Positions 1 through 9,738 are shown, counted from the first letter of the stretch. The stretch is 36,288 bases of DNA from Candidatus Heimdallarchaeota archaeon (GCA_021399345.1 JAAFKI010000057.1:1-36288); one strand, 5' to 3'. Numbers and translations: made by a program. The notes: generated by a model from the sequence alone, not told the origin.

Positions 1-3000
1 AATATTGATTCAGTTCAATATAATTGGGATAATAATGGGAGTTGGTTTTCTTTACTAAATCCGTACGATATAACTACGGGCATGTATTCGGGATGGAGAG
101 ATTTAACAATCAATACAACGGATTTCTATGAAACTAACTCTTATTTCTATACCTTCTTTTTTGATTCTGATACTCCAATAATTACATTAACTGATGCAGT
201 GAATAATTCTATATATGCACCTGGTAAATTTCTAGAATTCTTAATAACAGATGGTACAGGTTTAACATCTTTAAATTATAGTTGGGATGCTGGAACTGTT
301 CAAAGTTGGACTCCTGACCCAAGTGAACTTTACTCCACAAACTTACCCGATGTTGTAGGAACACATTTCTTAGAAATCTCTGTTAGTGATGGATTTGAAC
401 ACTTTTCCTACGCTTATTATGAGTTCTTCACAGACAATGACTTCTTCAATGTAGATTTACTGAATATTATTGAGAACGGGTACTATCAGGGAGATAATGA
501 AGTTGAACTTATTGTTCAAAGAAGCAATGGTACAGTTTACTTCAAATGGGATAGTGGAGTAGAAAAACTTGGAACGCTAGATGGAACATATTTGAAATTA
601 AATGGTTCAGATTCTTTACCTAGTACTGAAGGATTGCACGTTCTTTACATTAGAACATTTAATTTAACTTATGACGAACATTTATTCAACTTCAATTTTT
701 ATGTTGATAACACCAGTCCGACAATTAGTAATATACAAACATATGATGATGGGAGATATCTAAACAATCAAGATTTTATAATTTACATCAATGATAATTT
801 TGCAGATAATTTGACAGAGTTAGTTGTTGAATATTCGCTAAATGGAACAATATACCAAACACTAGAATATCCATTTACTTTTTCTTATCCATATTTAGAT
901 GGTTTTTATACTCTTGATATTAGAGCTCAAGATCTTGCAGGAAATATAGGAAACTACACAATTAGCTTCATTATTGATAATACTGCACCTAGTATTGAAG
1001 TAATAATTAACGAGTTAATAGATAGAATTGGTGCTGATGGTAATTATTACATTCCTCCTGATAGTCTTATTGAATTTTCTATTATTGATATTGATGCTAA
1101 CATAAATGTTTTTTACAGCTGGAATGGTACATGGACAAACATAACTGGACAGAGTAGTTTCACTTTATCTTCAGTAGATGATGGAGAAGCTATTCTGCTT
1201 GTGAGAGCTTATGATTCTTTGCTGAATGAAGGAGAATGGTTTAACATTACTTTAGCATATGATAGTACTCCTCCCGATGTAACACAAACATTTCCAACAG
1301 ATATATTTCGTATTAATGATTTCTCAAATCTTGAATTTGATATAGAAGATTTTACTCTAAAAAATATTGAATCAGTGCTCTTTCATTGGGATGATGCAGT
1401 TGGATTAGGAGAATTTGATGTTAAAGATATTGAACCATATATAGATGGACATTTTCGATTAGAACTCAACACATCAGCTAGAGTACTATACTCATATTAT
1501 GGATATAATTTAGCTAATCTTACTATATTTGCTGAAGATATTCTTGGAAATAATAAAACCTATGTGTATCACTATGAAATAGACATTACTCCTCCAAATG
1601 CTTCTTTAGAATATTTTGATCTAACCTGGATTCCAATGGAAGAAAACAATGATCCTGATTATGAAATAGCAGGTGGCTCAGCAATAAGGTATGATAACTC
1701 AACAGCTATTGATCAGTTATTTATAAGAATTCAGTGGGAAATAAATGGTGAGCTGCTAGGCTGGGAAGAACTAGATATAAATCTAAATCCTGAATTCTAT
1801 TTAGGAAATGTAGATGGTAATCATACATTGATTTTTGAGATTCATGATGATACAGGTCAAGGGGAGACACCCAATATAAAAATAGCCACTTTTAATTTTT
1901 ATGTAGATGATATGCTAATAGATTTTCTCTATCCTATTGATTTTGAAGATGATTACCCCTATAAGATAGATTATAATGACACTTTTACTTATCAAGTAAA
2001 CATCACAGACGCAGTTGATAATGAACCCATTCCAGGTCTTGTGTATGAAGTCTTCATTGATAATGAGTTGAATCTATCAGTCATAGTAACTAACATTAAT
2101 ATCACAGTTTATGAAATTACAATTCACGCTTCAAACGTTACAGACTATAATGAAACTGTAATAGATGTGTATTTCTATCGAGCTGGTGGTGGGGGACAAA
2201 CAATCCGTGTTCTTCTTAGAGTTGATAAAGTAATCGGAGTACTTAATGTTTTGGACACAATTGATACTCAAATAATGTATGAAGAAGACTTGATTATACA
2301 AATGTATATGGAAAATGATATTGGACAAAATCAGACGATTAACAACGTTCTTGTTAATGGTACGGAAATAGAAAGTTTCAGTTTCAATCTTACTACTTTC
2401 ATTTGTAGTTTCAATTATTCTTCATTCAATATCGAATCTAAGGGGAACTTTTCATTAAACATTTTTACAGATTCAACATTTTACAATGCAAGTACAAATA
2501 CTAATACAACCATCAACTTCGAAATTTTACCCTTACCCATACTAATTACAATCAGTGTTTCAAATTATACGATTTTAGAGGGAACTGCTGTAATCATTAA
2601 TGTATTGATAACTTATGAAAATGGAACACCAGTTGAATATGCGCTATTTGACTTGTATATACATGTTTATCTGAAAAATATTACAGAAACGGACACCTTT
2701 ACCCTCAATTTAGCTTATGAAGATGCTAATTATACTGAATCATTTACTGATTTAGAAACTGGACGGAATGGCAGATTTGTTACCTCTTTCACATTAAACT
2801 CTTCAATGGATTATATCATAATCGAAGGCAGCTATGAAGGTCAAGATACAACTGATGATGCTTCGTTTGTAGTAGAAGACCATATCATCACAATTCCGCT
2901 GCCTGAAGCAGTGAAATTCCCTCAATGGTTGTTATACCTTATTATAGGTGGAAGTATAGGTGTGGCTGCTATTATCTCACTCATAATCTATAAAGTTACA

Positions 3001-3564
3001 AGACCTAAATCATTTGAAGAATTGATGGAGAGAGTTACTGGTGAAGATATGGCATTAAATTATTCGATTATGTCACCCGGAGTCATTCTAACTATTTTCG
3101 ATCAGAGAAAAGGACCGATTCCATTAGTTGCTGACCATAGTTTAGATATTGGAAGATATATCGGCAGGATGAGAATAGGCGTTGAAAACTTCCTTCTTAA
3201 AATAGCTGATCAAGCTTATAGCTCACTTGGTTTTGAGGAACATGATGCAGGTAGAAGAGTAGGGTCAATTATTCTTCCATCAGAGAAGATGGTAGCTTTT
3301 GTTCATGGTGTTCAGCTAGAAAATAAAATGGCCAGAGGTGGGTTTGAAAATCTTTCTCTTATTGTTCTAGCTGATTCTGAGTTTGGTAATTTATTACTCA
3401 ACTATCAAGAATATCTTTATGGGCTTGTTGATGATTTAGGTAGTGCTTTGAAATCTAAGAAAAATCTCAAAGTTGTTGAAGATTTTATAGTTGATATTCG
3501 AAAACAATCTGTAATTATAATGCTTGCTGCTCAAGAAATGGAAAAATCACAAGGTGGAGATTAA
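1..3564 (+). CDS. Large single-pass cell-surface protein (5'-truncated): Ig-like repeats, TM helix, cytoplasmic longin/uDENN (FLCN/SMCR8-like) domain
   Basis: The frame is open from base 1 (NIDSVQYNWD...), so the start lies upstream of the window. Repeated D-x-T-x-P, Y-x-W-D and D-x-x-G-N Ig-like motifs with many N-x-S/T sequons. TM WLLYLIIGGSIGVAAIISLIIY at 2926-2991. The tail has 'VILTIFDQRKGP' and 'ENKMARGGFENLSLIVL'. Confidence 0.85.
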   Translation, partial: NIDSVQYNWDNNGSWFSLLNPYDITTGMYSGWRDLTINTTDFYETNSYFYTFFFDSDTPIITLTDAVNNSIYAPGKFLEFLITDGTGLTSLNYSWDAGTVQSWTPDPSELYSTNLPDVVGTHFLEISVSDGFEHFSYAYYEFFTDNDFFNVDLLNIIENGYYQGDNEVELIVQRSNGTVYFKWDSGVEKLGTLDGTYLKLNGSDSLPSTEGLHVLYIRTFNLTYDEHLFNFNFYVDNTSPTISNIQTYDDGRYLNNQDFIIYINDNFADNLTELVVEYSLNGTIYQTLEYPFTFSYPYLDGFYTLDIRAQDLAGNIGNYTISFIIDNTAPSIEVIINELIDRIGADGNYYIPPDSLIEFSIIDIDANINVFYSWNGTWTNITGQSSFTLSSVDDGEAILLVRAYDSLLNEGEWFNITLAYDSTPPDVTQTFPTDIFRINDFSNLEFDIEDFTLKNIESVLFHWDDAVGLGEFDVKDIEPYIDGHFRLELNTSARVLYSYYGYNLANLTIFAEDILGNNKTYVYHYEIDITPPNASLEYFDLTWIPMEENNDPDYEIAGGSAIRYDNSTAIDQLFIRIQWEINGELLGWEELDINLNPEFYLGNVDGNHTLIFEIHDDTGQGETPNIKIATFNFYVDDMLIDFLYPIDFEDDYPYKIDYNDTFTYQVNITDAVDNEPIPGLVYEVFIDNELNLSVIVTNINITVYEITIHASNVTDYNETVIDVYFYRAGGGGQTIRVLLRVDKVIGVLNVLDTIDTQIMYEEDLIIQMYMENDIGQNQTINNVLVNGTEIESFSFNLTTFICSFNYSSFNIESKGNFSLNIFTDSTFYNASTNTNTTINFEILPLPILITISVSNYTILEGTAVIINVLITYENGTPVEYALFDLYIHVYLKNITETDTFTLNLAYEDANYTESFTDLETGRNGRFVTSFTLNSSMDYIIIEGSYEGQDTTDDASFVVEDHIITIPLPEAVKFPQWLLYLIIGGSIGVAAIISLIIYKVTRPKSFEELMERVTGEDMALNYSIMSPGVILTIFDQRKGPIPLVADHSLDIGRYIGRMRIGVENFLLKIADQAYSSLGFEEHDAGRRVGSIILPSEKMVAFVHGVQLENKMARGGFENLSLIVLADSEFGNLLLNYQEYLYGLVDDLGSALKSKKNLKVVEDFIVDIRKQSVIIMLAAQEMEKSQGGD

Positions 3565-3673
3565 TCCGTCCTTTATCCTATTTCCCAGCGTCATTAACGA
3601 TATATTGATATGTATTTTTCCTGTCTATTACTTATAGATACTATTTAATAGTTATAACAAGGGGAAAAATCTC

Positions 3674-5710
3674 GTGTCCTATCTCTTCGATGAATTATCT
3701 GGAAAAAAAGGAAGTGCTACAGAGATCGAAGACAAAATTTTACTAATGGGTCTTCAGGCTGCTGGCAAAACTGCGATAAAAGATGTTGTCTTCTTCAACA
3801 AAGAACCAGAAGAGGTCAACGGATACATGGCTACTGTGCATTATCAAAGACAATTTTTAGATGAAGAACAAACCAGCATGATTATTGATTCGGGTGGACA
3901 AGAATCCTATTGGAACGAAGCTGTTACTCATTTCCGCCATCTTGTTTTTTCAAATGTAAAACTGTTAATATGGATTGTTGATGTCACTAAACCTGAATTA
4001 TTTGAAGAGTCTGAGAGACGTTTCAGTTTTACTATACGCCAATTCAAAAAAGAAAATCCTGATGGTAGTATTACTGTTTTATGTCACAAAGTAGATTTAG
4101 TTACTCCTGATCAGATGGTTGTAATTCACCAGCATGTTAGAGAGATGTTTGCTGAATCAAAATTCGAAGTTGATTTTGAAAATACTAGTATTTACTACAA
4201 AGATAGCTTAAGAGAGCTGCTTTTTACTATAATGGCAGAAGCTGGTATTAATACAAAAAGATTTGAGCTTGTTTCCAATGTTGGACAAAAAGTCGAAGAG
4301 AGCGAAGAATTCCAAAGCTATGTTTTGGAACATGCTGAAGATGAAAAAGTCGAAATTTTGAGAGATTATCTGAATCCTGAACCAACACCTCTATTGCCTA
4401 CTTTTGGAAAACTCAATTTTCAACTTGATTTAACAGACTATGACATCATCGAAATAGTTCTCATTGATAAGAAAACTCACTCACCTATTACAGGTGCTTC
4501 TTCCAATGCATCAATCTCTGCAGAGAATTCAATGGAATATCTAGTAGCTTTGCATGATTTCAAATCTAGAATTAAAGATAATACTGAAGAAATTGATCCT
4601 TCTGGTGATATTCTAACTTCTGACAGCGGTAAAGTTCATGCAATGTTGTTCGATTTAGCAAACAACTATCTCTTAATTACCTCTTTTTCCTCAATTACTG
4701 ATGAAAGAAAAGAGCTGCTTTTTCAGTTGATCCTTAAATTTGCTCAATCAACAGCTGGAGTTAGTCCACCTGAACCTACAGAACAAGTAGTGGAAGAGCC
4801 AGCTGAAGAAATTGTACCTGAACTTGAACCAATTGTTGCAGAAGTTGTAGAAGAACCAATAAAATTAACTGAAGCTGCATCCTCAACTAAAATAGAAGTA
4901 GATACCTTAGTAGACAAAGTTGTTTCTCAACCAACCAGCAAGACAGAAGAAGTTGAGATTTTTGAAGAGATTCCAGTTGTTGAAGCTGAACCAGTTCAAG
5001 CTGAAGATGAATCATTCTTCAAAAAGGAAAAAATTGTGATAACTGAGGTTGTTGTAGAACCAGAAGAAATCGTTTCAGCTCCTGTAGAAGTTCCTGAACC
5101 TGAACCAATCTCTGAAATTATGGAAGCTGTTAAAGAAGATGTTGAAGAATATCCTCCTGTTCCCGAAAAACTTGAGGAAGTTGTAGAACTACCTGAAACT
5201 CCAACTGTAGAAGTGGAAGAAATCGTTAGAGAAGAAAAACTTGGCCCTTCACCAGAATCATTAGATATGAAATTAAAACAACAATTTTCAGACATAGTGG
5301 AAGAAAGGGAAGTAAAAATCGAGGAACCCTCGGAATCAATGACTCCACCAATTCCACAAGTTATGAAAGTTGTTGAAGAAGTTACAGCTCAAGACACTAT
5401 TTCAGAACCAGTAGTTGTGGAAGAAGCAGTTCCTGAACCAGAACCAGTAGTAGTCATGGAAGATCCTTCTCCTGAACCAGTTCAAGAAGAAGCTAGTACA
5501 ACAGATACTTCTATAGATTTTTCTGCAGCTGATATTCAAGATTTCGCTAGTTTTCTAGTTCAGAAAAAAGAGATTATTTTAGATGAAGATTTCAAACTAG
5601 AAGACATGGAAATAAAGATGGATGATATCAAGAGTTTGTCAGCTTACTTATTCAGTGGATCAGAAAAGAAACCAGAAAAAATTAAAGAAGAAATAAAAAC
5701 AACTGACTAA
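3674..5710 (+). CDS. Rag/Gtr-like small GTPase with roadblock/longin-like domain and long acidic Glu/Pro/Val-rich tail
   Basis: KILLMGLQAAGKT (G1), ATV (G2), DSGGQ (G3), HKVD (G4) and TSI (G5) follow the Gtr1/RagA pattern. GTG start. Confidence 0.85.
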   Translation: MSYLFDELSGKKGSATEIEDKILLMGLQAAGKTAIKDVVFFNKEPEEVNGYMATVHYQRQFLDEEQTSMIIDSGGQESYWNEAVTHFRHLVFSNVKLLIWIVDVTKPELFEESERRFSFTIRQFKKENPDGSITVLCHKVDLVTPDQMVVIHQHVREMFAESKFEVDFENTSIYYKDSLRELLFTIMAEAGINTKRFELVSNVGQKVEESEEFQSYVLEHAEDEKVEILRDYLNPEPTPLLPTFGKLNFQLDLTDYDIIEIVLIDKKTHSPITGASSNASISAENSMEYLVALHDFKSRIKDNTEEIDPSGDILTSDSGKVHAMLFDLANNYLLITSFSSITDERKELLFQLILKFAQSTAGVSPPEPTEQVVEEPAEEIVPELEPIVAEVVEEPIKLTEAASSTKIEVDTLVDKVVSQPTSKTEEVEIFEEIPVVEAEPVQAEDESFFKKEKIVITEVVVEPEEIVSAPVEVPEPEPISEIMEAVKEDVEEYPPVPEKLEEVVELPETPTVEVEEIVREEKLGPSPESLDMKLKQQFSDIVEEREVKIEEPSESMTPPIPQVMKVVEEVTAQDTISEPVVVEEAVPEPEPVVVMEDPSPEPVQEEASTTDTSIDFSAADIQDFASFLVQKKEIILDEDFKLEDMEIKMDDIKSLSAYLFSGSEKKPEKIKEEIKTTD

Positions 5711-5727
5711 ATTTCTTTTAATTATTT

Positions 5728-6978
5728 TTAAACAGGTCTGCTATCATCATAACGGCGATATTCTAATTGCCCATCAAGGAAGATAGGTACTTCTCTTATT
5801 CCTTCAACACATTCATGTGAGGGAAATAGTTCAACTGATATCGCTCCAAAACCTTTTTGGATCTTTATTCCTCTTTCTAGCTGTTCAGCATTCTCTACAG
5901 CTACATCGATAATGGACTTCTGGAGGTTTCTTCCACAAACATCGCATTTGTAATTAATATTTTGTTCAATCCTTCTTTCGAGCAGATCAGTTTTTTCAAT
6001 TCCATTCTTTACGAGATAACTTTCTAAAGATCCTTTAACTTTAATTCTTGCACGGCCAATTAGTTCATCGGTTTGGAATAATTGTTTCATTTCTGTAGCA
6101 AGTGTGTTAAAGTACTCTATCTCTCTATCTACATCTAAATTAGGCGGAAAAACAGTTGTTAAAACTAAATCTGTATCAATTTCCTTCATGTAAACTCGGC
6201 TGTCATCAAAGGAGAAAGTAGCATATTCCAGCATTAAAGTTTGAGAAAACATCTTTGCTAAATCGTTTTTAAGTTTAACAAAATTAAAGCCTGTATATTT
6301 TTCAGGTTGAGAATATAACATTAAACCTTGAGCTGTAGAAAGAGAAAGAAATGCTAAATCTTGCTTGCTGAAAGTTTCTTTTATTTTAACTGATTTTGTG
6401 TCATCTTTTGGATAAACAAAGGCTAGTATTTGTTGCATTGCATCCCAGATTGTTTCTTCGAAGATTGAAGTTCCCATCAGTTCTGCATTTGGGAAATCGT
6501 CTATCTCAAAAATATCTTTAATAGATTGTAAAACAGGTTCTCGTTTATTGGGCGCAACAACATCCATCTTATGTGCAAAAACATAAATTTTAGATCCTTC
6601 TGCCAATTTGACAGCATTTTCCATAGTTAGATCGAAATAATACTTGGATCTCATAATATTGGATGCATCGGATATATCAACTACGAAAATGAAAGCTTTG
6701 GTGTCACTGAACGTTCTTTCTTGGTATTGCTCAAAAACTTCGTTTAAATAGTTAGATTGACCACCAACATCGAACAAGTTAATGGAACTCCCTGCAAGGT
6801 TGAACAGTTTTCTGTTGATACGTACAGTTGCTGGATTCATAGATGTTGCTTCAGGTGCAAAACCTTCAAAAACAACTTGTCGAATGGAAGTCTTTCCAGA
6901 TTGGGATAACCCTAGTACTACGATTTTAGACTCTAATTCATTCTCTCCTGCATACATAAGCTTCACGTTTTCTTTCAT
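5728..6978 (-). CDS. Rag/Gtr-like small GTPase with roadblock-like domain and C-terminal CxxC...HxC Zn-ribbon
   Basis: GLSQSGKTSIRQVVF, ATV, DVGGQ, HKMD, TSIF. Roadblock-like segment 'LSLSTAQGLMLY...VYMKEIDTDLVLTTVF'. C-terminal CDVC...HEC. Confidence 0.85.
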   Translation of the reverse strand: MKENVKLMYAGENELESKIVVLGLSQSGKTSIRQVVFEGFAPEATSMNPATVRINRKLFNLAGSSINLFDVGGQSNYLNEVFEQYQERTFSDTKAFIFVVDISDASNIMRSKYYFDLTMENAVKLAEGSKIYVFAHKMDVVAPNKREPVLQSIKDIFEIDDFPNAELMGTSIFEETIWDAMQQILAFVYPKDDTKSVKIKETFSKQDLAFLSLSTAQGLMLYSQPEKYTGFNFVKLKNDLAKMFSQTLMLEYATFSFDDSRVYMKEIDTDLVLTTVFPPNLDVDREIEYFNTLATEMKQLFQTDELIGRARIKVKGSLESYLVKNGIEKTDLLERRIEQNINYKCDVCGRNLQKSIIDVAVENAEQLERGIKIQKGFGAISVELFPSHECVEGIREVPIFLDGQLEYRRYDDSRPV

Positions 6979-7279
6979 TTTTTCATTATAAAATATTTGT
7001 GATATTCCTACTTGAACAGTATTAGGTTTAAATTTTAGTTGGAACTAAAGCCGGAAAAAATTCTAGATATATTGTCTGAAGGTCTCCTTCTTGGATGATG
7101 GGGTTTAGATTATCATAGGTCTGAAACTTGACTCCCCTACCTTCTTGAATAGGGCACATTCTTATAAGGTGGGCTTGTTTGCAGCAAAATGAAAAATTTC
7201 ACTTAAGAAATTATTCTGCATATACGATCAAGAAATTTTTAGGAATTCTAACACAAAAATAATAAACAACGCCTATTAC

Positions 7280-8734
7280 ATGATAATAATGAGTTATGAT
7301 GTTGCTATCATTGGTTCTGGCTTAGGTGGGTTAATAGTTGGGGCAAAACTTACCAAAGAAGGAAGAAATGTTCTACTAGTTGAACAACACTCAAGTATTG
7401 GAGGTTATGCTACTTGTTTTACTCAAGACAATTTTACCATAGACGTAGGCTTTCATTCAATGGATGGTCTGTATGCACAAGACCCCAAAATTAAAGTATT
7501 CGAGGATTTGGATGTTTATTTCAACATTGAGTTTGTTGATATTCCAACAGGTTGTTATAGATTTACAAACAACAGGATAGATTTTACTTTACCTGATAGA
7601 GTTGAGGATGCCATCAACGTGCTCATTGAGAAATTCCCAAAAGAAGAAAAAGGAATTCGTCTTTATTTTGAAACAATAGATGAGATTTTCAGTTCTAAAT
7701 GGAAAGACAAAACAGCCGGTGAAATGCTTGACTCTATGTTTGAAAATGACAATCTAAAACTTGCATTAGCTGGATTTATTCAATATTATGGAGATGATCC
7801 TTATACTCTGTCAGCTTTATCTTTCGCAGCAGCAATATCTAGAAATCTTAAAGGTGGAAAGCATTACATTAAAGGCGGATCTATTAAATTAACACATTAT
7901 TTAGCAGACTATATTAGAGAACATGGAGGTACAGTACTTCTTAACCAAGAGGTTACCAAAATAATAGTAAATCAAGAAAAAGAAACTGTTGAAGGCATTG
8001 AGTATAAATCAACAAGTGATGAAAGTAGTGAAACTACATTTATCGAAGCAAAGCATGTTGTCGTAAATGCTCCTTTACCAATAGCTACTAAGCTTCTATC
8101 TTCTGAAAGAGAAAATGTTCAGAGACTAAGAGAAACTATTAATTCCTTGAAAATTGGGCATTCTGTACTAAATATCTATTTTGGGTTTAATACCACTCTT
8201 GATAAATTAGGTCATAATAATTATTTTACAGTTGTTAATGATGAAAGTGTATTTAGTTTAAGTGATATCTTTGGAAATAACAATGGAGGATATTCTCGTA
8301 AGAATTATATTTTTGTAGATTATGGACAAACAGATACAGGAATGGCTCCCTTTGGAAAAAGTACAGGAATAATAAGCACGGTTGATTATATTGATAACTG
8401 GAATCATCTGAATAAAGAAGATTATAACAACAAGAAAAAGGAAATTGAAACTATTTTCACAGAAAGGCTGAATAAATTGATTCCAGATGTAGTAGATCAT
8501 ATTGAGCACATAAGTGTTGCAACTCCAAAAACAATGGAAAGATATACCCATAATCCAAAAGGATCTGTGATTGGATTTGCAAGAAATCCAAAGCAAGTAG
8601 GAATATATCCATTGACTTCACCTTTCAAGAATCTTTACTTTGCTTCAGCTTGGTCAATTCCTGGTGGAGGATTTACTTCAATCATTGATGTTGGATGGCA
8701 AGTTGCTACTTCAATCTTAAAGAAACGGAGATAA
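7280..8734 (+). CDS. FAD-dependent oxidoreductase, phytoene desaturase (CrtI/CrtD)/retinol saturase family
   Basis: DVAIIGSGLGGL dinucleotide-binding motif, E-x-H-x-x-x-GG, TPKTMERYT...GSVIG, NLYFASAW-x-x-PGGG. Confidence 0.8.
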   Translation: MIIMSYDVAIIGSGLGGLIVGAKLTKEGRNVLLVEQHSSIGGYATCFTQDNFTIDVGFHSMDGLYAQDPKIKVFEDLDVYFNIEFVDIPTGCYRFTNNRIDFTLPDRVEDAINVLIEKFPKEEKGIRLYFETIDEIFSSKWKDKTAGEMLDSMFENDNLKLALAGFIQYYGDDPYTLSALSFAAAISRNLKGGKHYIKGGSIKLTHYLADYIREHGGTVLLNQEVTKIIVNQEKETVEGIEYKSTSDESSETTFIEAKHVVVNAPLPIATKLLSSERENVQRLRETINSLKIGHSVLNIYFGFNTTLDKLGHNNYFTVVNDESVFSLSDIFGNNNGGYSRKNYIFVDYGQTDTGMAPFGKSTGIISTVDYIDNWNHLNKEDYNNKKKEIETIFTERLNKLIPDVVDHIEHISVATPKTMERYTHNPKGSVIGFARNPKQVGIYPLTSPFKNLYFASAWSIPGGGFTSIIDVGWQVATSILKKRR

Positions 8735-8742
8735 AATCTAGT

Positions 8743-9738
8743 TTAAACAAATTCTAGTTTGTTAATTTTTAAGAATCCCTCATAAACCAAATGACTCATT
8801 ACAAAGAGAAATTCGTTGAAACTTTGATTTATGTCCATTTCTTTGTATGAATATAGAATTGATTTTTCCTGATTAGTTAAGAAATATACCATAATATCTT
8901 TGCAGAGAATTCTTAGGTTAGGACTCATTTCACTAAAAAGAATAGCTTGTTCAGTATTAAATCTTCTAAACTCATCAGATGAAGATTTTGGAAAGGCAAT
9001 TGTAGAACTAACTAGAAGATCCAATTCAACTAAATTTCTTTCTGTAGGTTCCTCAATGATATTCTCATCAATGAATTCAGCAATTAATTTTAAAAAAATT
9101 TCATCGAGAAAAACTGAGGTTTCAAGGATGTTTGCAGCATGTTGAATCCACTTTCTTGTTCCAGCAAATGGAAAAGACTTTTTTCTCGAATCTTGGGTAG
9201 ATTTAAGCTTTTGTTTCCACTCCTTATATATTCTATTTGTAACCTTTTCAGAGATGAAAACTTGCACTTCAATGAACCCTAAGATTGACTTAATGGTAAG
9301 TTTCTTACCTTCTTCACTCTTCTCAAAAATATACGTTACATTTCGAATTTTGTCTTTTATCTCAAGACCAGTAATATTTATTCTTTTAAAATTTGGAGCT
9401 TCAAATACTTTTTTTGACATAGCAACCTTTTGGGGAATTGGTATTCCAAGAGATTTATACATTTCATTTTCATCAGGAACTGAGGAAAAATCTCGATCAG
9501 TCTCATATCCATAGTGAGTCGATTTTATATGTACTTGTGATCTAACCGTTCGAGAACTGTCTATAAAGCATTTAACAGCTGATAAATTATTTTGATCACA
9601 TTTGTGAACATCAACGAATTCTAAGATAGTTGATAGTGTATCTGTTTGCAACAACCTTGATGGGATGTTTAAGTTTCGTTGCTTCTGGCATTTATTGCAT
9701 TGATATTCAATATTTTTTATGCCACTCTCACTACTCAA
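8743..9738 (-). CDS. Hypothetical protein with N-terminal CxxC...HxC Zn-ribbon and possible C-terminal winged helix
   Basis: 331-aa ORF with TTG start. YQCNKC...VHKC...FID...VR at the N-terminus. Ends 'FLFVMSHLVYEGFLKI'. Confidence 0.65.
   Translation of the reverse strand: MSSESGIKNIEYQCNKCQKQRNLNIPSRLLQTDTLSTILEFVDVHKCDQNNLSAVKCFIDSSRTVRSQVHIKSTHYGYETDRDFSSVPDENEMYKSLGIPIPQKVAMSKKVFEAPNFKRINITGLEIKDKIRNVTYIFEKSEEGKKLTIKSILGFIEVQVFISEKVTNRIYKEWKQKLKSTQDSRKKSFPFAGTRKWIQHAANILETSVFLDEIFLKLIAEFIDENIIEEPTERNLVELDLLVSSTIAFPKSSSDEFRRFNTEQAILFSEMSPNLRILCKDIMVYFLTNQEKSILYSYKEMDINQSFNEFLFVMSHLVYEGFLKINKLEFV

Noticed and set aside
4996-5295. Ser/Thr-rich antisense ORFs (also 30403-30744, 30808-31056, 31120-31464 and the other short overlapping ORFs)
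   Set aside because: These are shadows of real genes. GAA/CCA-rich coding leaves the opposite strand free of stop codons.
7093-7140. Fluoride riboswitch resemblance (GATGGGGTT...TGACTCCCCTAC)
   Set aside because: The P1 stem cannot form, the pseudoknot register is off, and no crcB-type gene follows.
7280-8734. Carotenoid biosynthesis cluster
   Set aside because: The desaturase-family gene stands alone, with no crtB, crtE or cyclase nearby. Its substrate cannot be assigned.
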